From positions 26,724,001 through 26,788,000 of the forward strand of contig NC_086109.1 in NCBI RefSeq assembly GCF_963921235.1: a stretch of 64,000 nucleotides of DNA. The letters run 5' to 3'. The DNA is from Mobula hypostoma (Eukaryota). Each line of letters starts with the position of its first letter. Position 1 is the first letter of the stretch. Below the pieces are notes generated by a model. The model did not search any database and was not told where the DNA came from. It worked only from the letters and a program-made list of their open reading frames with translations. The position numbers and the translations under genes were made by a program. Shown piece by piece: positions 39,153 to 52,177 of the stretch.

Positions 39153-39204
39153 TACATAAATCCACTACCAAAGCAAATCTTACTGCTGTTATAATTTGGA
39201 TAAT

Positions 39205-39952
39205 ATTATGAATGATGATCTTTGAGGCCATCTGTTGACCATGGACCTTGTGTCCTAACTGTCTCTGTGATACGCGATCCGGCACTCAAGCCAGGGCAGT
39301 ACGATATGGGGAGCAAGCGGTTGTCCGTGCACCAGGCTCCCCCTCTCCACGCAGCTGATGGATCCAAAGGAACGGCAGAGACTGATGTAGATTGGTGTCA
39401 GCAGCATCGCAGGAGTTGCCAGTCAGCGTTGAACTCATCGTTGGACTACCTTAGGGACTCCATTTCCATATTTTTCCTTGGGATTTACTTCCGAAGCCTT
39501 CTCATGAGTGAGTGTAGCCACAAAGCAGCGGAGGTTTGAGATCAGTGTTTTCCTTCTACATGAGCAGCCAACCAAGACTGAGGAGCTCCATCTGCCCAAA
39601 GTAACTGGTTTTAAGGCACCAGTAACTTGCCTTTGCCCCTTTTCCACTGTGTTGGCGCGTGGCCAAGTGGTTAAGGCGTTGGACTAGTGATCTGAAGGTC
39701 GTGAGTTCAAGCCTCAGCCAAGGCAGTGCGTTGTGTCCTTGAGCAAGGCACTTAACCACACATTGCTCCTGTACGTTTATAGCTCAGCGGTGGCAGTTGG
39801 TGCATTATGGACAAGACAAGACTGGGCTTAGTAGCTAACCAGGAGCTGGATTTGGTTTTCAGAGGCTATCTGAAATGCACACCATTGTAAGCATTTAATA
39901 TGTAGTGGGAGCTTATCCCCACTACCTCCCCCCAGTTATGCCGACCTTAAGG
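39205..39952 (-). mobile_element. RTE-clade non-autonomous element (5'-UTR-like) with a nested tRNA-SINE (39654-39822, +)
   Basis: Minus-strand gggcagatggagctc..cagtcttggttggc....tagaaggaaaacactgatctcaaacc resembles RTE 5'-UTR motifs. The SINE has A/B boxes tggccaagtgg and gagttcaagcc and a (gacaa)n tail. Confidence 0.6.
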
Positions 39953-39964
39953 AACTGATTATTA

Positions 39965-40203
39965 ACTGTCCAGCTCTTGGCTCCATCCCTCCGTCTCCTG
40001 TCTTCTCCTATCTTTTTGGATCTCCCCTCCCCCTCCCGCTTTCAAATCTCTTACTAGCTGTTCTTTCAGTTAGTCCTGACGAAGGGTCTCGGCCCGAAAT
40101 GTCGACTGTTCCTCTTCCTAGAGATGCTGCCTGGCCTGCTGCGTTCACCAGCAACTTTGATGTGTGTTGCTTGAAATTCCAGCATCTGCAGATTTCCTCG
40201 TGT
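39965..40203 (+). mobile_element. Young PLE terminal-repeat fragment containing a hammerhead
   Basis: Close match to 57167-57268, extending to the element end ...ccagcatctgcagatttcctcgtgtt. Confidence 0.8.
40072..40108 (+). ncRNA. Minimal type-I hammerhead ribozyme motif, near-intact
   Basis: AGTC-CTGACGA-A-GGG tctcgg CCC-GAAA-T-GTC-GACTG. The core boxes are intact; a C>T change in stem III leaves a wobble pair. Confidence 0.7.
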
Positions 40204-40604
40204 TATCTTTGACTTGCTGTTTCATTTGTTTGATGGCCTGTTTGATGCTTCTGTTGTTGTGATACTTTGATGTGGGATGTTGTTCCAAATAGTGCACTTA
40301 TTGGACTGAATGTTCCAATAAACTAATTTTATAATGAATATTTCTGATGCAGATGCCAGTGATCGTGCAAATTAATTTTGTGTCTTGTCATAAAGTGATT
40401 GTGGCTGTGCTCTGTTTGAGGAGAGGCTGAATTTGAATATGTGTGTTACTTCTTTCATTTTATTGGAGGTAACTATATAAAACTGTAATCCTTGCCAATT
40501 AACTTATTGTCTTCTTGAATTCTTCAGACTATTATCTCTGAAGAATAGAGGCAGTAGTAACTTCTACAGTGCTTTTAGTCTTGCTTTTTATTTTGAGTGG
40601 ATTC

Positions 40605-42720
40605 TTAAAGGACTACAGAACAGAAACAGGCTCTTGGGCCTATCTAGTCCATGGTACCCAGGTCTTCTGTCAAGTCCGATCTATCTGCACATGGAACATA
40701 TCCATCCGTGCCCTCCCATCGATGTACCCAACACCTCTTAAATGTTACCATTGATAACTTGCTTCCGATGGCGGATCCTCCACACTCTCACTACCCTCTG
40801 AGTGAAATATTTCCCCCTCCAATTCCCCTTAAATATTTCACCTTTCACCCTAAACCTATGACCTGTAGTTCTTGTCTCACCAAAACTGAGGGGGGGGGTG
40901 GGGGAGGCTCATCTATACCCCTCATAATTTCATGTACCCCATTCACCTGCTGTCCAGGGAATAAAATCCTAAATTATGCAACCTACCGCAGTAACTCAGA
41001 TCCTCAAGCCCTGGCAACATCCATGTAAATTTTCTCCGCACTGATATCTTTCCTGTTGTTAGATGACACAATATTTTAAATTTGATTTCACCAACATCTT
41101 ATGAAACTTCAACATCCCAATCCCAATCCCGTGATTTATGACATCCAACGTGCCAAAATCTCTCTTTACAACCCTGTCTACCCGTGATGCCACTTTCAAG
41201 CAATTATGGATCCATGTTCCTTGCATATAGATCAATAATTCTGCCACACTCCTCCGTGCCCTATGATATTTTAACTATATTCCTCAAAAGAAATTTTAAA
41301 TTTCACAGAGTGCACAATGTGTATTATGTTGATGAGATAGTCCAAGTCATTATGGAAGCAATGTGAAGTGTGCAGTAAACCATTTATCACTTGGCAAGTA
41401 TTGCTGTCATTGTGTACACACACCATTGAGTTCCTGATGTACTCTGTGAACTGGACATTGAAAAATCATGCCAGGTTTTCAAACAACATATGGCATGTAA
41501 TTCCTTGATATTAAGTTCAGGCATGATATTTAAAAAGATGCTGAATATATAAAGTAAAAAAAAAATCTGAAAATTCTGATATAGTACAGGAACAAATTAG
41601 TGGCCTAGGTGATGGAAAGTTCGGTAACAGTGGGAACCAAAATTGAGATCTGGTGAAGGCAAGGCTAAGGCACGAAATGGGAAATTTGTGCTGGGCATTA
41701 CAAGGGACATTGCTGAATTTATGAACAAAGAGATTGCAGGCATATTAGATAAGTATGAAGTGGAACTACAGGACCACTTGATCTTGTTCAACTGGACGTT
41801 AAGTCATCCAAGTAGGATACATTCTAAGTTCTTGATGCAAATAATTTTCAAAATAGTGGACCTGCCAGTCATGACCTTGCAGTTCTCACTGGATCCAAGG
41901 ATACCAATGGACAGTTGAAAATGCTGCACAATATTAGAAAAATGGAGAATAAGCCTGGCGAACTGAAGTCGGTGGCATCAAAATGTGTCTGTATAGTTAA
42001 TAACAAGCTCTTTGGTTGATGGAAAGAGTGTCAATAATGAGAATATACATTTGTAAGGAAACTGCCAAAAATACCAGAAATGGTGTGAAAAAGGCTAAAG
42101 AACAATGGCATATCAAGGTTTGGAATGCATTGTCCAAAGGGCTTGTGGATGGAAGTTAATTGAATGAGAAAAAGAAAATGGAAGGACATTGGTGAGACCC
42201 TTCCTGCAATACTATGTACAGATTTGATCCCCTTACCTAAAGGAATGCAGTAACGTTGAAGTAAGCACAAAGGAGATTCTTCAGGCTTTTGTTCTATTGC
42301 CCTGTGATGAGGGCTGTCCCAGGAGGAGACACTAAATAGTTTGGGCCTGCACTCCTTGAAATCTGCAAAAAATAGGTGTACCTTATTCAAATATATAAGA
42401 TCCCAAAGAGGCTGAGTGGGTGGTTATTGGGATAATTTCACTTGTGGGAGAATCACGAATGAACGTTGTAACCATAAGGAGCCAGTCATTTAAAACTGAT
42501 GTACTAGAAGTTTCTTTTTGTACAGGGTGGAATTCTCTGCATTGCTGGGTGGTGGAAGCTGGCTCATAAGAAATATTCAACGTGGAGCTGGATAAAAAAA
42601 AAATTGATAGAATGAGGAATAGAGAAGTAAGGAGAAATAGCACAAAAATGAGGCCAGTATAGATCAGCAATGACCCTTAAATGGTAGGGCAGGCTTGAAA
42701 GGTCTGATGGCCTAATCCCG
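40605..42720. mobile_element. Old CR1 fragments (~40605-41260 on -, ~41600-42720 on +)
   Basis: LKVASRVDRVVKRDFGTL (CR1 RT C-terminal) on -, and degenerate CR1 3' region on +. Confidence 0.6.
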
Positions 42721-43784
42721 CTATGTGTAGAAATCGCAGTGTCGTGGGACTAACTGAGTTGCTCTTTCAAAGAAGTAGTAAGAAAAACGGACTCCTTTTG
42801 TGCAGCAGTTTTCTATGATGATGTGGAGCAGGTGTATATTCTTGTTCACGTGCACTAAGTACATACTTGTGCAGCAGACTGTCAATTCTACCCTGCTCCT
42901 GAAATTTACCTCCATTACAGTCAGTGAAACTAAATCTCAGAAGCTGAGCACAACACATTTCTGTCACAAAAATTGTGCATTTTTCACAGATGACCAATGG
43001 TTCATTTCTGTCCCTGTGGCTTAATACAGTGATACTTTAAGATGAAATTGACCCGTAAAATTTACATGTAAGGTAGGCAACAGTGTGAAAATGGATGTCA
43101 GATAACGGTTCACACTCATTTGATGGAAGGTATTTTTTCAACCTTTTACCCAGAAATAAACAGCACTTTGGTCAACAGAATGGTGCAGTGGGTAGCTGCT
43201 CAAATTGGCACCTTGTCCTGCTCATACTGGGGCTTAATGATTTGCAGGGAGAATATCTGATGTCAAAAGCAACATAAAAGATGCAAGAGATGTCTGAATT
43301 CTCAGGAAAGTTTTTGTTCATCCATGCTGAAAACATTGTTGACTGGTGTTCTTGTTGGCCTAATGTAACTCTAACTCTCAGGTTTTTCATTTTAAGGGAT
43401 TTTGCTTTAATTGCTCCTTGGCTGTTTTGAACAAAATCCCTGAAGAGTGCTCCATTACTGAAATGGCATAATGGATTCTGTGTGAACTTCTGCATGGCCC
43501 ATCCATCATGTAGTCGGCATCGATGCTATCTGGAAATACACATACCTTTTATTAGAAAGGCTTAATCTGCTTGCTTTGTGCACCATATAAAATATTTATA
43601 TACTACATTGAGTCTGCTCAATCACTGGTGGAATCTCTTGCTTTCTTTCTTTCTGAACATATACATTTAATAATTTCATGTGGGTTCAAAGGAATTGATG
43701 ATTTTAATGAAATTGAGGATGTTTGGGATTTGCTATAGTTCCATATGACTAAAAGTGCAATGGCAGTATGTTAATAGGAAAAAT

Positions 43785-44030
43785 TAGAATGATAGAAAAG
43801 TACAGCACAGAAACAGGCCCTTCAGCCCATCTAGTCCATGCTGAACCATTTAATCCACTTATTCCCAAGGACCTGCAGCCAGACCATAGACCTGCCATCC
43901 ATGTCCAATCCAAACTTCTCTTAAATATTGAAAATGAGCTCGCATGCACCTCTTATGCTGGCAGCTCATTCCACACTCTCATGACCCTCTGAGTGAAGAA
44001 GTTTTCCCTCCTTCCCCTTAAACCTTCCAT
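43785..44030 (-). mobile_element. CR1 3' terminus
   Basis: atagaaaagtacagcacagaaacaggcccttcagccc tail. Confidence 0.7.
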
Positions 44031-44604
44031 GGTTATTCTGATCTTGCTTGGATATTAGAATATCCATACAAATGTATTGTAGCTTATTATGCTAATGACG
44101 ACCCAAAGACCAGCATTGATGTGAGAGGTATGAGAAAGAAAAAGTTCAGAAGGTAAAGTTGTCCTATTTCATTTAACTGAATTAGAAATGTGTGGAGTGC
44201 TAAAACGTGAAGTCACTGGAATGCTATTGCGGTAGTAATCAAATTATAGATTTGGGGGGATGGTGGAGCGGAAGATTGTTATGCATAGATTGTAACTAAG
44301 CTGTCTTGCCAACCATTCATATTAGACCTCTTGGCTTAATTGTTTGCAATGAAGTACCTTCTACAACCTAACTTCATTATGAAGGGCAATTATATATTAA
44401 AGTAGTTAAAGTTTGGACCTAGTATTAATCCTTATAAATGAACTGTATCATTACTCATAACTTAGAATTGCTGCTTATTGCATTTTCTGGTTATTGATAT
44501 TTTACCGCAGTGTTATTTATTCAATATAAAGCCACGTGAAGGGATATTTCATTCCTGTGTATTATCCAATATATTGGTTATTTTTTGCACAGTGTATCTC
44601 TGTA

Positions 44605-45436
44605 TGTCCATGGTCTTCTGCTGCTGTAGCCCATCCACTTCAAGGTTCAATGTGTTGTGTGTACAGAGATGCTCTTCTTCACATCACTGTTGTAACATGC
44701 TGTAATTTGAATTACTTTGCCTTCCTATTAGCTTCAACTAGTCTGGCCAGTCTCCTCTGACCTTTCTCATTAACAGTAAACACCAGAAAGTCTACAGATG
44801 CTGGAAATCCAAAGCAACACACACAAAATGCTGGAGGAACTCAACAGTTCAGCAGCTTCTCTGGAAATGCATGAACACTTGACATTTCAGGCTGAGACCT
44901 TTCCTCAGGACTGGGAAAGGTCGAGGGCTGGAGAAGAATGCATCTGATAGGAGAGCAGAGGGGACTTTAGGAGGAAGGGAAGGAGGAGAGGACCCAGGGA
45001 TAAGTGATAGTCAGATGAGAAGTAGTAAAAGGACCGAGTGGTGAATGGAGGAAGGCGGGGGGTGGGGTTTGAATTCGTCTACTGGAAGGAGGAATCATTA
45101 AAAAGATACTTTTGCCCACAGAACTGCCAGTCACTGGATGATTTTTGTTTTTGTCCCATTCTCTGTACACTCTAGAACGACTATTATGCTTGAAAATCCC
45201 AGGAGATCAGCAGTTTCTGAGAAACTCAAACCACCCTATCTGGCACCAGCAATCCTACCACGTTCAAAGTCACTTAGATTCTTCCTCATTCTGATTTTTG
45301 GTCTGAACAACAACTGACCCTCTTGACCATATCTGCATGCTTTGATGCATTGAATTGCTGCCACATGATTGACTGATTAGATATTTGCATTAATGAGCAG
45401 GTTTAAAGGTATACCTTATAATGTGGCCACCGAGTG
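44605..45436 (-). mobile_element. Tc1-like element (same family as 36386 and 53684) interrupted by a PLE fragment (~44778-45100)
   Basis: TIR gtggccaccgagtg followed by TA at 45423-45438; body is the reverse complement of 53684-54170. Confidence 0.75.
44876..44913 (-). ncRNA. Minimal hammerhead ribozyme motif with degenerate stem I
   Basis: Reverse complement reads CAGTC-CTGAGGA-A-AGG tctcag CCT-GAAA-T-GTC-AAGTG. It lies in a PLE fragment (~44778-45100). Confidence 0.5.
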
Positions 45437-46796
45437 TATACTAGCATAGTTAGTATTTATGACCTAATATTAAATCTTATAAACTAACTACTGTATATTA
45501 TTATTCATTATGTGAAATTAGTTGAATTGCTGTTTATTGCAGTTTCTGGTCTGGTTGTTGGTATTTTACAGAAATGTTGCTCACTCTATATCAAGTCATG
45601 TGAAGAGACATTGTATTTCTGTGCAACATCCAATTTGCTGGTTATTTCTTTCACTGTGTTTTGCACTGTGGATGAGTGCGAGCAGGTCATTCAGTCTCTT
45701 GAGGCAAATCTGCCAGCCATTTAGCTCACGGTTAATTAGTGCTTCAATTCCATTTACCTTGCTTAACATCATTTGCACTGAAGCCCTTCCATTGTTTCAG
45801 CTTTGAAATTTTTAGCTATATCCTAGCGTCCACAAACTGCTGAGGAAGCAAGTCCCAGATTGCCAGTGACTTCACTGTGAAATGGACCTTTTTTTCATCT
45901 TTAAATGGTTAAGCTCTAATTTTTTAAATCATGGTTTCTTATCTTAAATCTCCTCACCAGATTTTATCACATCTCTCTGCACTATCAAATTTCTTTAATA
46001 CTGTGAAGCATCTTTCTTAAATCATCCTTGACTATGAAACTTAAGGAAATTCAACCAATGTTGAATCATAATGTAACTTGAAACTGATATTGCACAAATG
46101 CTTAATATGCTGATTATAAATTTCTTTTCTCACTGTATTTCTTGAGATTCAGTGCATTCAAAATAACTCCATTAAAATGATGCAAGAGGCAATTAGGGCA
46201 ATTGTTTTCAGGGCTTATTTGACATTTCTGTTTCACAGGGATAATTTCCTTCTAAATTTATATAATTAGGTGTCTATAAGTACCATTTATTAGCAATGGC
46301 TTCTATACCCTTGCAAAACAAAATATTGCAAATGCAAAAAGTAAAAAAGGAGAATTTTTCAGCTGAGCAGACAGCTTTTGTGAACAGAATTAATGTTTCA
46401 ATTTGATTAATTTTGATTGCAATCAGCAAAGTACCAAGAACCTTTAACTGGAATAGACTTGTATCACTTCCCCCCTAAGAACTGCGTTTAATGAAAGCAA
46501 CTCCCACTCATACAATACAAATAAAATTTTGCCTTGGAAATCTGGGCTTCCAGGCTAGTCTTTAACTGTTTTTTCACAATTTTATTATGATATTCCAAGA
46601 GAGGTCCAGTTTTATTTTTAGATCTGCAGTCTCAATTTATTTGATGTAATGTTTCTTTTGCATTCAAATGTAATTCAATGACAATATGCATACACAATTT
46701 AACATAATTCTCCCAGGATATCAAAACAAGAAATGTAAAACAGTGGATGCGAAATACACTCAGTGACCACTTCATTAGGTACAGGAGGTACCTAAC

Positions 46797-49112
46797 TGTT
46801 GTGTATTTAGTATTTATTTATTTAAATCTTGCGTCCATCCCACAACATGAAAGAGTAAAAATCTTTGTTCTCTGACCCTGTTGCAATGTACAGACATGGG
46901 AATTTATAAATCTAATGGCTTTTAGAAAGAAGCTCTCCCGTAGCCTGTTGGTCCTGACTTTCATGTTGCAGTACCGTTTGCCAGACAGAAGCAGCTGAAA
47001 CAGTTTATGGTTGGTGATATTAGTTTGGTGATATTTGAGTAATAGTACAAATATATTGTTTGAGTCATTACTCTTTGTCGTCCGCATAATCCATTATGGG
47101 TTATCTGTAAACGTACATGAATGATATACATCATTATGTCACCATGTCATATGCGCGCACCACACTTCAAGTAAAAATGAAACTAAGATGCGTATTTCTC
47201 GGGTTCCCTTGTTTTTCTTTTGATTAGTTTTATGTTTTGGAGTTACAAAACATAACAGTGGCAATAAGTAAGTTTTAAAATGAACGCAAGATGACTCCCT
47301 GCCTATTGAGTCGCGGCAAGACATTCAAATTTTTTAAAAAATGCTCCATGCTATCTTCGCAAGAGAAGATGTTTGAGTTTATTAAAAAAAAAGCAGAAAA
47401 TGGATGAATTGACTTGTTCATAAACAATGTGTACTAGGTTATAGTCATAAATATTTTTAAAACAGCAGAAATGGCTGGTTACATCGGAATGACAGACAGG
47501 TTTCAGTGCACAGGTGATAACTGGAATATGTTTTCCAGTTAATTGAGCAAATCGAGCAGTATTTTGAAGCAAGTGAAATAGCCAATGAGAAGTGAGTGCC
47601 AGTTTTTCTGAGTGCATTGGCTGGGAGAACATACGATTTGCTGAGAAGTTTGACTGTTCCAACCAAACCAGCTGAAGTGAGCTTTGCTGATAACGTGAAA
47701 GCTACGCAGGGTCATTTAGAACCTAAACCATTGTTGATTGCAGAACACTTTAGGCTTCAGAAGTAGAATCAAATGGAAGAGGATTCTATTTCTGCATATG
47801 TGGCTGAATTCAAGAGATTGTCTGAGCATTGTCAGTTTAGTAATGGGATTAATGAAGCACTGAGAGATCATTTAGTTTGTGGAATCTTCCAAGAAAGCAG
47901 TCAGAAACAGCTCCCATCTGAAGCACAACTCACATTTAAACAAGCAGATGGAAGTGCTGTATCGGTGGAAACTGCAGACAGTGATGCCATTGAGTAACAG
48001 TTAGGAATGAAAGTGAGCATGAACAGAATTGCAACATCTAACAGAAACCTGCGTGACCAAACAAATCATGTTACCATTGTGGCGGGGCTCACATTACACC
48101 ACACCAATGCAGGTTTAAAGGTGGAACTTGCAGAAAATGCAACAAAGTATGACATATGTTAGGCAGACAAAAAAATAAATGGACTGCACAGAGAAGAGAA
48201 AAGATAAAAAGTCTAGTTGCAGTTTCAAAAAGAGCACTAAACTGCATACTGTTGTTGAAAAATCTGATGAGAGTGACACAGAATTGGGTAGCCTTGAGAT
48301 TCACAATGAGAAAACTTAAAATAGACAAACAATATAGCTTACACCAGAAGTGAGTGGCAAATTAATTAAAATGGGTTGGACACTGGCTCAGCTGCTTCAT
48401 TCATCACGTGAAATGAGTTTAGATTATGAGAACACTCAATCCTCTTTTATTGTCATTTAGAAATGCATACATGCATTAAGAAATGATACAATGTTTCTCC
48501 AGAGTGATATCACAGAAAACAGGACAAACCAAAGACTAACACTGACAGAACCACATAATTAGAACATGTAGTTACAGCAGTACAAAGCAATACCATAATT
48601 TGATGAAGAACAAACCATGGGCATGGTAAAAAAAAGTCTCAAAGTCCTGAGTCGATCGACTCCCGAGTCCCTAATAGCAGGTGGCAAAAGGGGGAAGCTC
48701 CCTGCCATAAACTTCCAGGCACCGTCAACTTACTGATACCTTGGAAGCAGCTGACCACAGCCGACACTGAGTCTATCCATCCGAAAACTTCGAGCCTCCG
48801 ACCAGCCCCTCCAATACAGCCCCCCGAGCACCATCCTCTGCCAAGTGCCTTCGACCTCGCCCCGGCCGCTGAAACAAGCAAAGTCGAGGATTCGGGGCCT
48901 CCCCCTCCGGTTTCAGATCACACAGTAGCAGCGGCAGTGAAGCAGGCATTTCAGAAGTTTTCCAGATGTTCCTCCATACTCTCACGTCTGTCTCCATCAA
49001 ATCAGAATTGTGCACGGTCCCCTACTTGACAGATTACAGATATCATTCACTGGAGAGGCTGCACGTGAGTTTGAATGGCATTTCAAAGATACTAAACTGA
49101 AGCCTGCAGATA
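46797..49112 (+). mobile_element. Gypsy retrotransposon 5' part: LTR (46797-47257), PBS-like site, degenerate gag and protease
   Basis: TG...CA LTR then gtggc; gag EDSISAYVAEFKRLSEHCQF...LRDHLVCGI; zinc knuckle CYHCGGAH...C..C.KC; protease DTGSA at ~48379. Nested Rex1 3' fragment (~46815-47010) and insertion at 48421-49065. Confidence 0.85.
48421..49065 (-). mobile_element. Non-autonomous retroelement inserted in the Gypsy protease region
   Basis: Flanked by tgagttt on both sides; tttattgtcat-type tail at left; GC/CpG-rich body. Confidence 0.6.
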
Positions 49113-49899
49113 TCAACGAAGAGATTCTGGTAAAAGACCATTGACCTGAAAGGTTAACACTTTTTCTTTTTACAGTGCTGCTTGATTGGCTGAGTGTTTT
49201 CTAGGTTTACTTCAGGTTTCCAGCAACTGCAGTTTTTGCTTATCCATTACAATGTTCCCAGGTTGGTGGATCTGCCATGTGAAAATAAATTAAATCAGAT
49301 AAGCCTCTATTTGGAATTTAGAAGAATGATCAGTGACCGTATTGAAACATACACAACTCTTAAAGTGCAAAACAGTGTTGGACTAGAGGGTCAAATTGTT
49401 ATTTTTCTCATAGGTTAACTTTTCCTGTCTTGCATTTTGTAATTTTAACGTAAAGAATGTGTATGATTATGGTATATCGTTCAACAAATTTTCAGAAATT
49501 GTAATATTACTGATTCTGTATTTTTCTAGAAGTTTCTCTGCAGCCTGTGTTACACCATTGAGCCTGACTAGTTCATAGGGTACCCATTAGTAATGGAATA
49601 TCTTGACTATTCATCTTGTGTAAGATTACCACTACTTCTTTGATTTTTGTTCTTATAGTGGAGTAATCCGGTTACTGCTATCTCTTTGTTTAGAACATCT
49701 CATTAAATCACCATAACTTCCAAGTTTTATGCCTCATTCTTGTTTTCTGAACAACCTCTGGATCACATCTCCAGATGCAATAACAGGGAATAATGCATCC
49801 TTGACTAAAGTCTATCACCAAGACTCATGGCCTCAAAATAAAGGGGATGCCACTTAAAATTGAAGGAAGAGAGAAATTTCTTTACTTGAAGGTGGTGAA

Positions 49900-50507
49900 T
49901 CTTTGGAATATAAAAGCAAGGATGTAATGCTGAGGCTTTATAAGGCATTGACGAGGTCTCACGAGTATTGTGACCAGTTTTGGGCCCCTTATTTAAGAAA
50001 GGATGTGCTGAGAGTTCAGAGGAGATTCACAAAATTGATTCTTGGAATGAAAGGCTTATTGTATGAGGAACTATTGATGTCCCTGGGCCTTTATTCTCTG
50101 GAATTTAGAAGAATGGGGGGTGGGAGGGATCTTATTGAAACCTCTCGATTGTTGAAAGGCCAAGACAGTAGATGTGGAGAGGATGTTTTCTATAGTGGGG
50201 GAGTTGAGGGCCAGAGGACCCAGCCTCAGAATAGAGGGGACAACCATTTAGAACGGAGATGAGAAATTTCTTTAGCCAGACAGTTGTGAATCTGTGGAAT
50301 TCATTGCCACAGGCATCTGTGGAGGTCAAATCATTGGGTGTATTTAAGGTGGAGGTTGATAGGTTCTTGATTAGTCAGGGCATGAAAGGTTCCAGGGAGG
50401 AGGCAGGAGAATGGGATTGAGAGGGAAATGGATCAGCATTGATAAAATGGCAGAGAACTCAATGGGCTAAATGGTCTATTTCTGCTCCTATGTCATATGG
50501 TCTTATG
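49900..50507 (+). mobile_element. CR1 LINE 3' end
   Basis: EYKSKDVMLRLYKALTRSHEYCDQFWAPYLRKDVL.RVQRRFTKLI. Confidence 0.85.
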
Positions 50508-51539
50508 AATTCAATACCTCCAAAGGACTGCAGTGGCTCAATCACTGAATGCTTTCAAAACAGTCACTAATACATCTCTGGATTTTGTAAGAATCAAGAG
50601 AAATGGGGCAAGGTAGAAAAAGAGAAAATCAGTTCCCGTCATTTTTGAAAGGTAATGCAGGCTAAAAGGCCTTTTATCACTCCAGTTCCTTAATGGCATG
50701 GCCCTGAACCTGACACTTAACCTTTGGGCCTACGAGAAGAGAGTCATTTGAATGTGCTAATTAAGATTTACCCAGTCCTTAACACAACCGGGAATGTAAG
50801 CTAGAAGTAAATAATATGACGTAGTTCATTATTTACTCTTGCTTGCATCTTGATGCACAGTGACATGTAGATTGTGGTCCTGTTTCTTACGCTGGTTATT
50901 TTTCACCGGGCCTTTCGCTCAAACCCTGAAATCATGAAGAAGCCGCAGTTGATGAGACAGAAAGTCCTGCTCCTTCCATTCCGTTGGTGTTTTATTTGCG
51001 CTTTGGCACAGGTTCAAATAATAACAGCAGAAACGATGGTGCTTCATATAGAAATATATGATCCTTTGGAGAACAAAAGTAGCTCTTCTGGGAGGGCTTA
51101 TCATCTCTCAGCACCAGGCTAACACTGCTGTAGACTGGCTCTCAGGTGAGCTGACTGGAAATTGCTGTAGCAAGATTTCCCAGGTGATCACCAAGCCAGG
51201 TTGGTGGAAATAAGTGGTACATCCACAGAATTTATTGCAGGAAACCATTTGCCCATCTTGTCTATGTTGGCTTCTGATATACTAATGTCAGTCCTATCAC
51301 TCCACAACCCCCTCCACCTTTCCCCATATCCTTGAATGTCTTTTTCTCTATCAAATTTATGTCTTGACGGTTTTGATCAATTCTGTTTCTAACACCTTTA
51401 ACAAGCTGTGAATTCCTGATACCGAGTGGGGAAAATAGGGTCTTTACTGACATCCTTATATCTTTTCATCCAGTATTTTAAATCTGTGCTGGCAGGTCCT
51501 CACATCCTGGATGTATTTAGCATAGAAAGCCAGCTCTTT

Positions 51540-51745
51540 AGCCGAGCTATCCAATCTGTTTGAATCTCTACCTGCGGGAAGAGTTCCTCCCCGCATCGGG
51601 CGGCAACCTTGCTGTTTCTTTCGTGCTTGTCCGTTTTGCGAGGCTGAGTTGCTAGTACAGGTGGAACTCGTACAAGGAGCCGGCTGGATTCGAACCCTGG
51701 ACCTCTTGTTCTGAAGTCAGGGCGTTGATGCTACTACACTACCAG
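51540..51745 (-). mobile_element. tRNA-derived SINE (same family as 2712-2837)
   Basis: Minus-strand B box gggttcgaatcc and gctagcaactcagcctcgcaaaa-like motif. Confidence 0.65.
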
Positions 51746-52177
51746 CATAGACTGCCAGTAGGAAGAGCTTTCTTTTTATTTGCCCAATCTAAAACATACA
51801 GGATTCTCTGCACTGGAGTAATTAATATAACATCTGTAGCACATGGTTGATAATTCTTTTCTCTAAGCAAGCAGGAATCTTGGTGCTTTGAGGAAATGAT
51901 CTTAAATCACGGTTTTGTACCTTGGCAGAACCCCTTTTAGTTAATCTTACTGTGATGCCAGGCATGTGCACTCAGACTTGAGTAACTTATGTAAACTCTG
52001 ATTCACTTCTCTTCAGCAAAGCTACATTAATTCTTTAGCATCTTGCAACCTCCCCCATCACCCACTATAACCTCCACTTTGACAACTGTAACATGTCCAC
52101 TCCCTGTCACCTCCTCTCGGTAATATGCTTGTTATATTATGTAGTGTGCTGTGGAATCAGAGGTGAACCATGCAACA

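Noticed and set aside
39654..39727. tRNA-like sequence (also ~12945-13020 on the - strand)
   Set aside because: It runs directly into a SINE body and (gacaa)n tail, with poor cloverleaf pairing, so it is a SINE head and not a tRNA gene.
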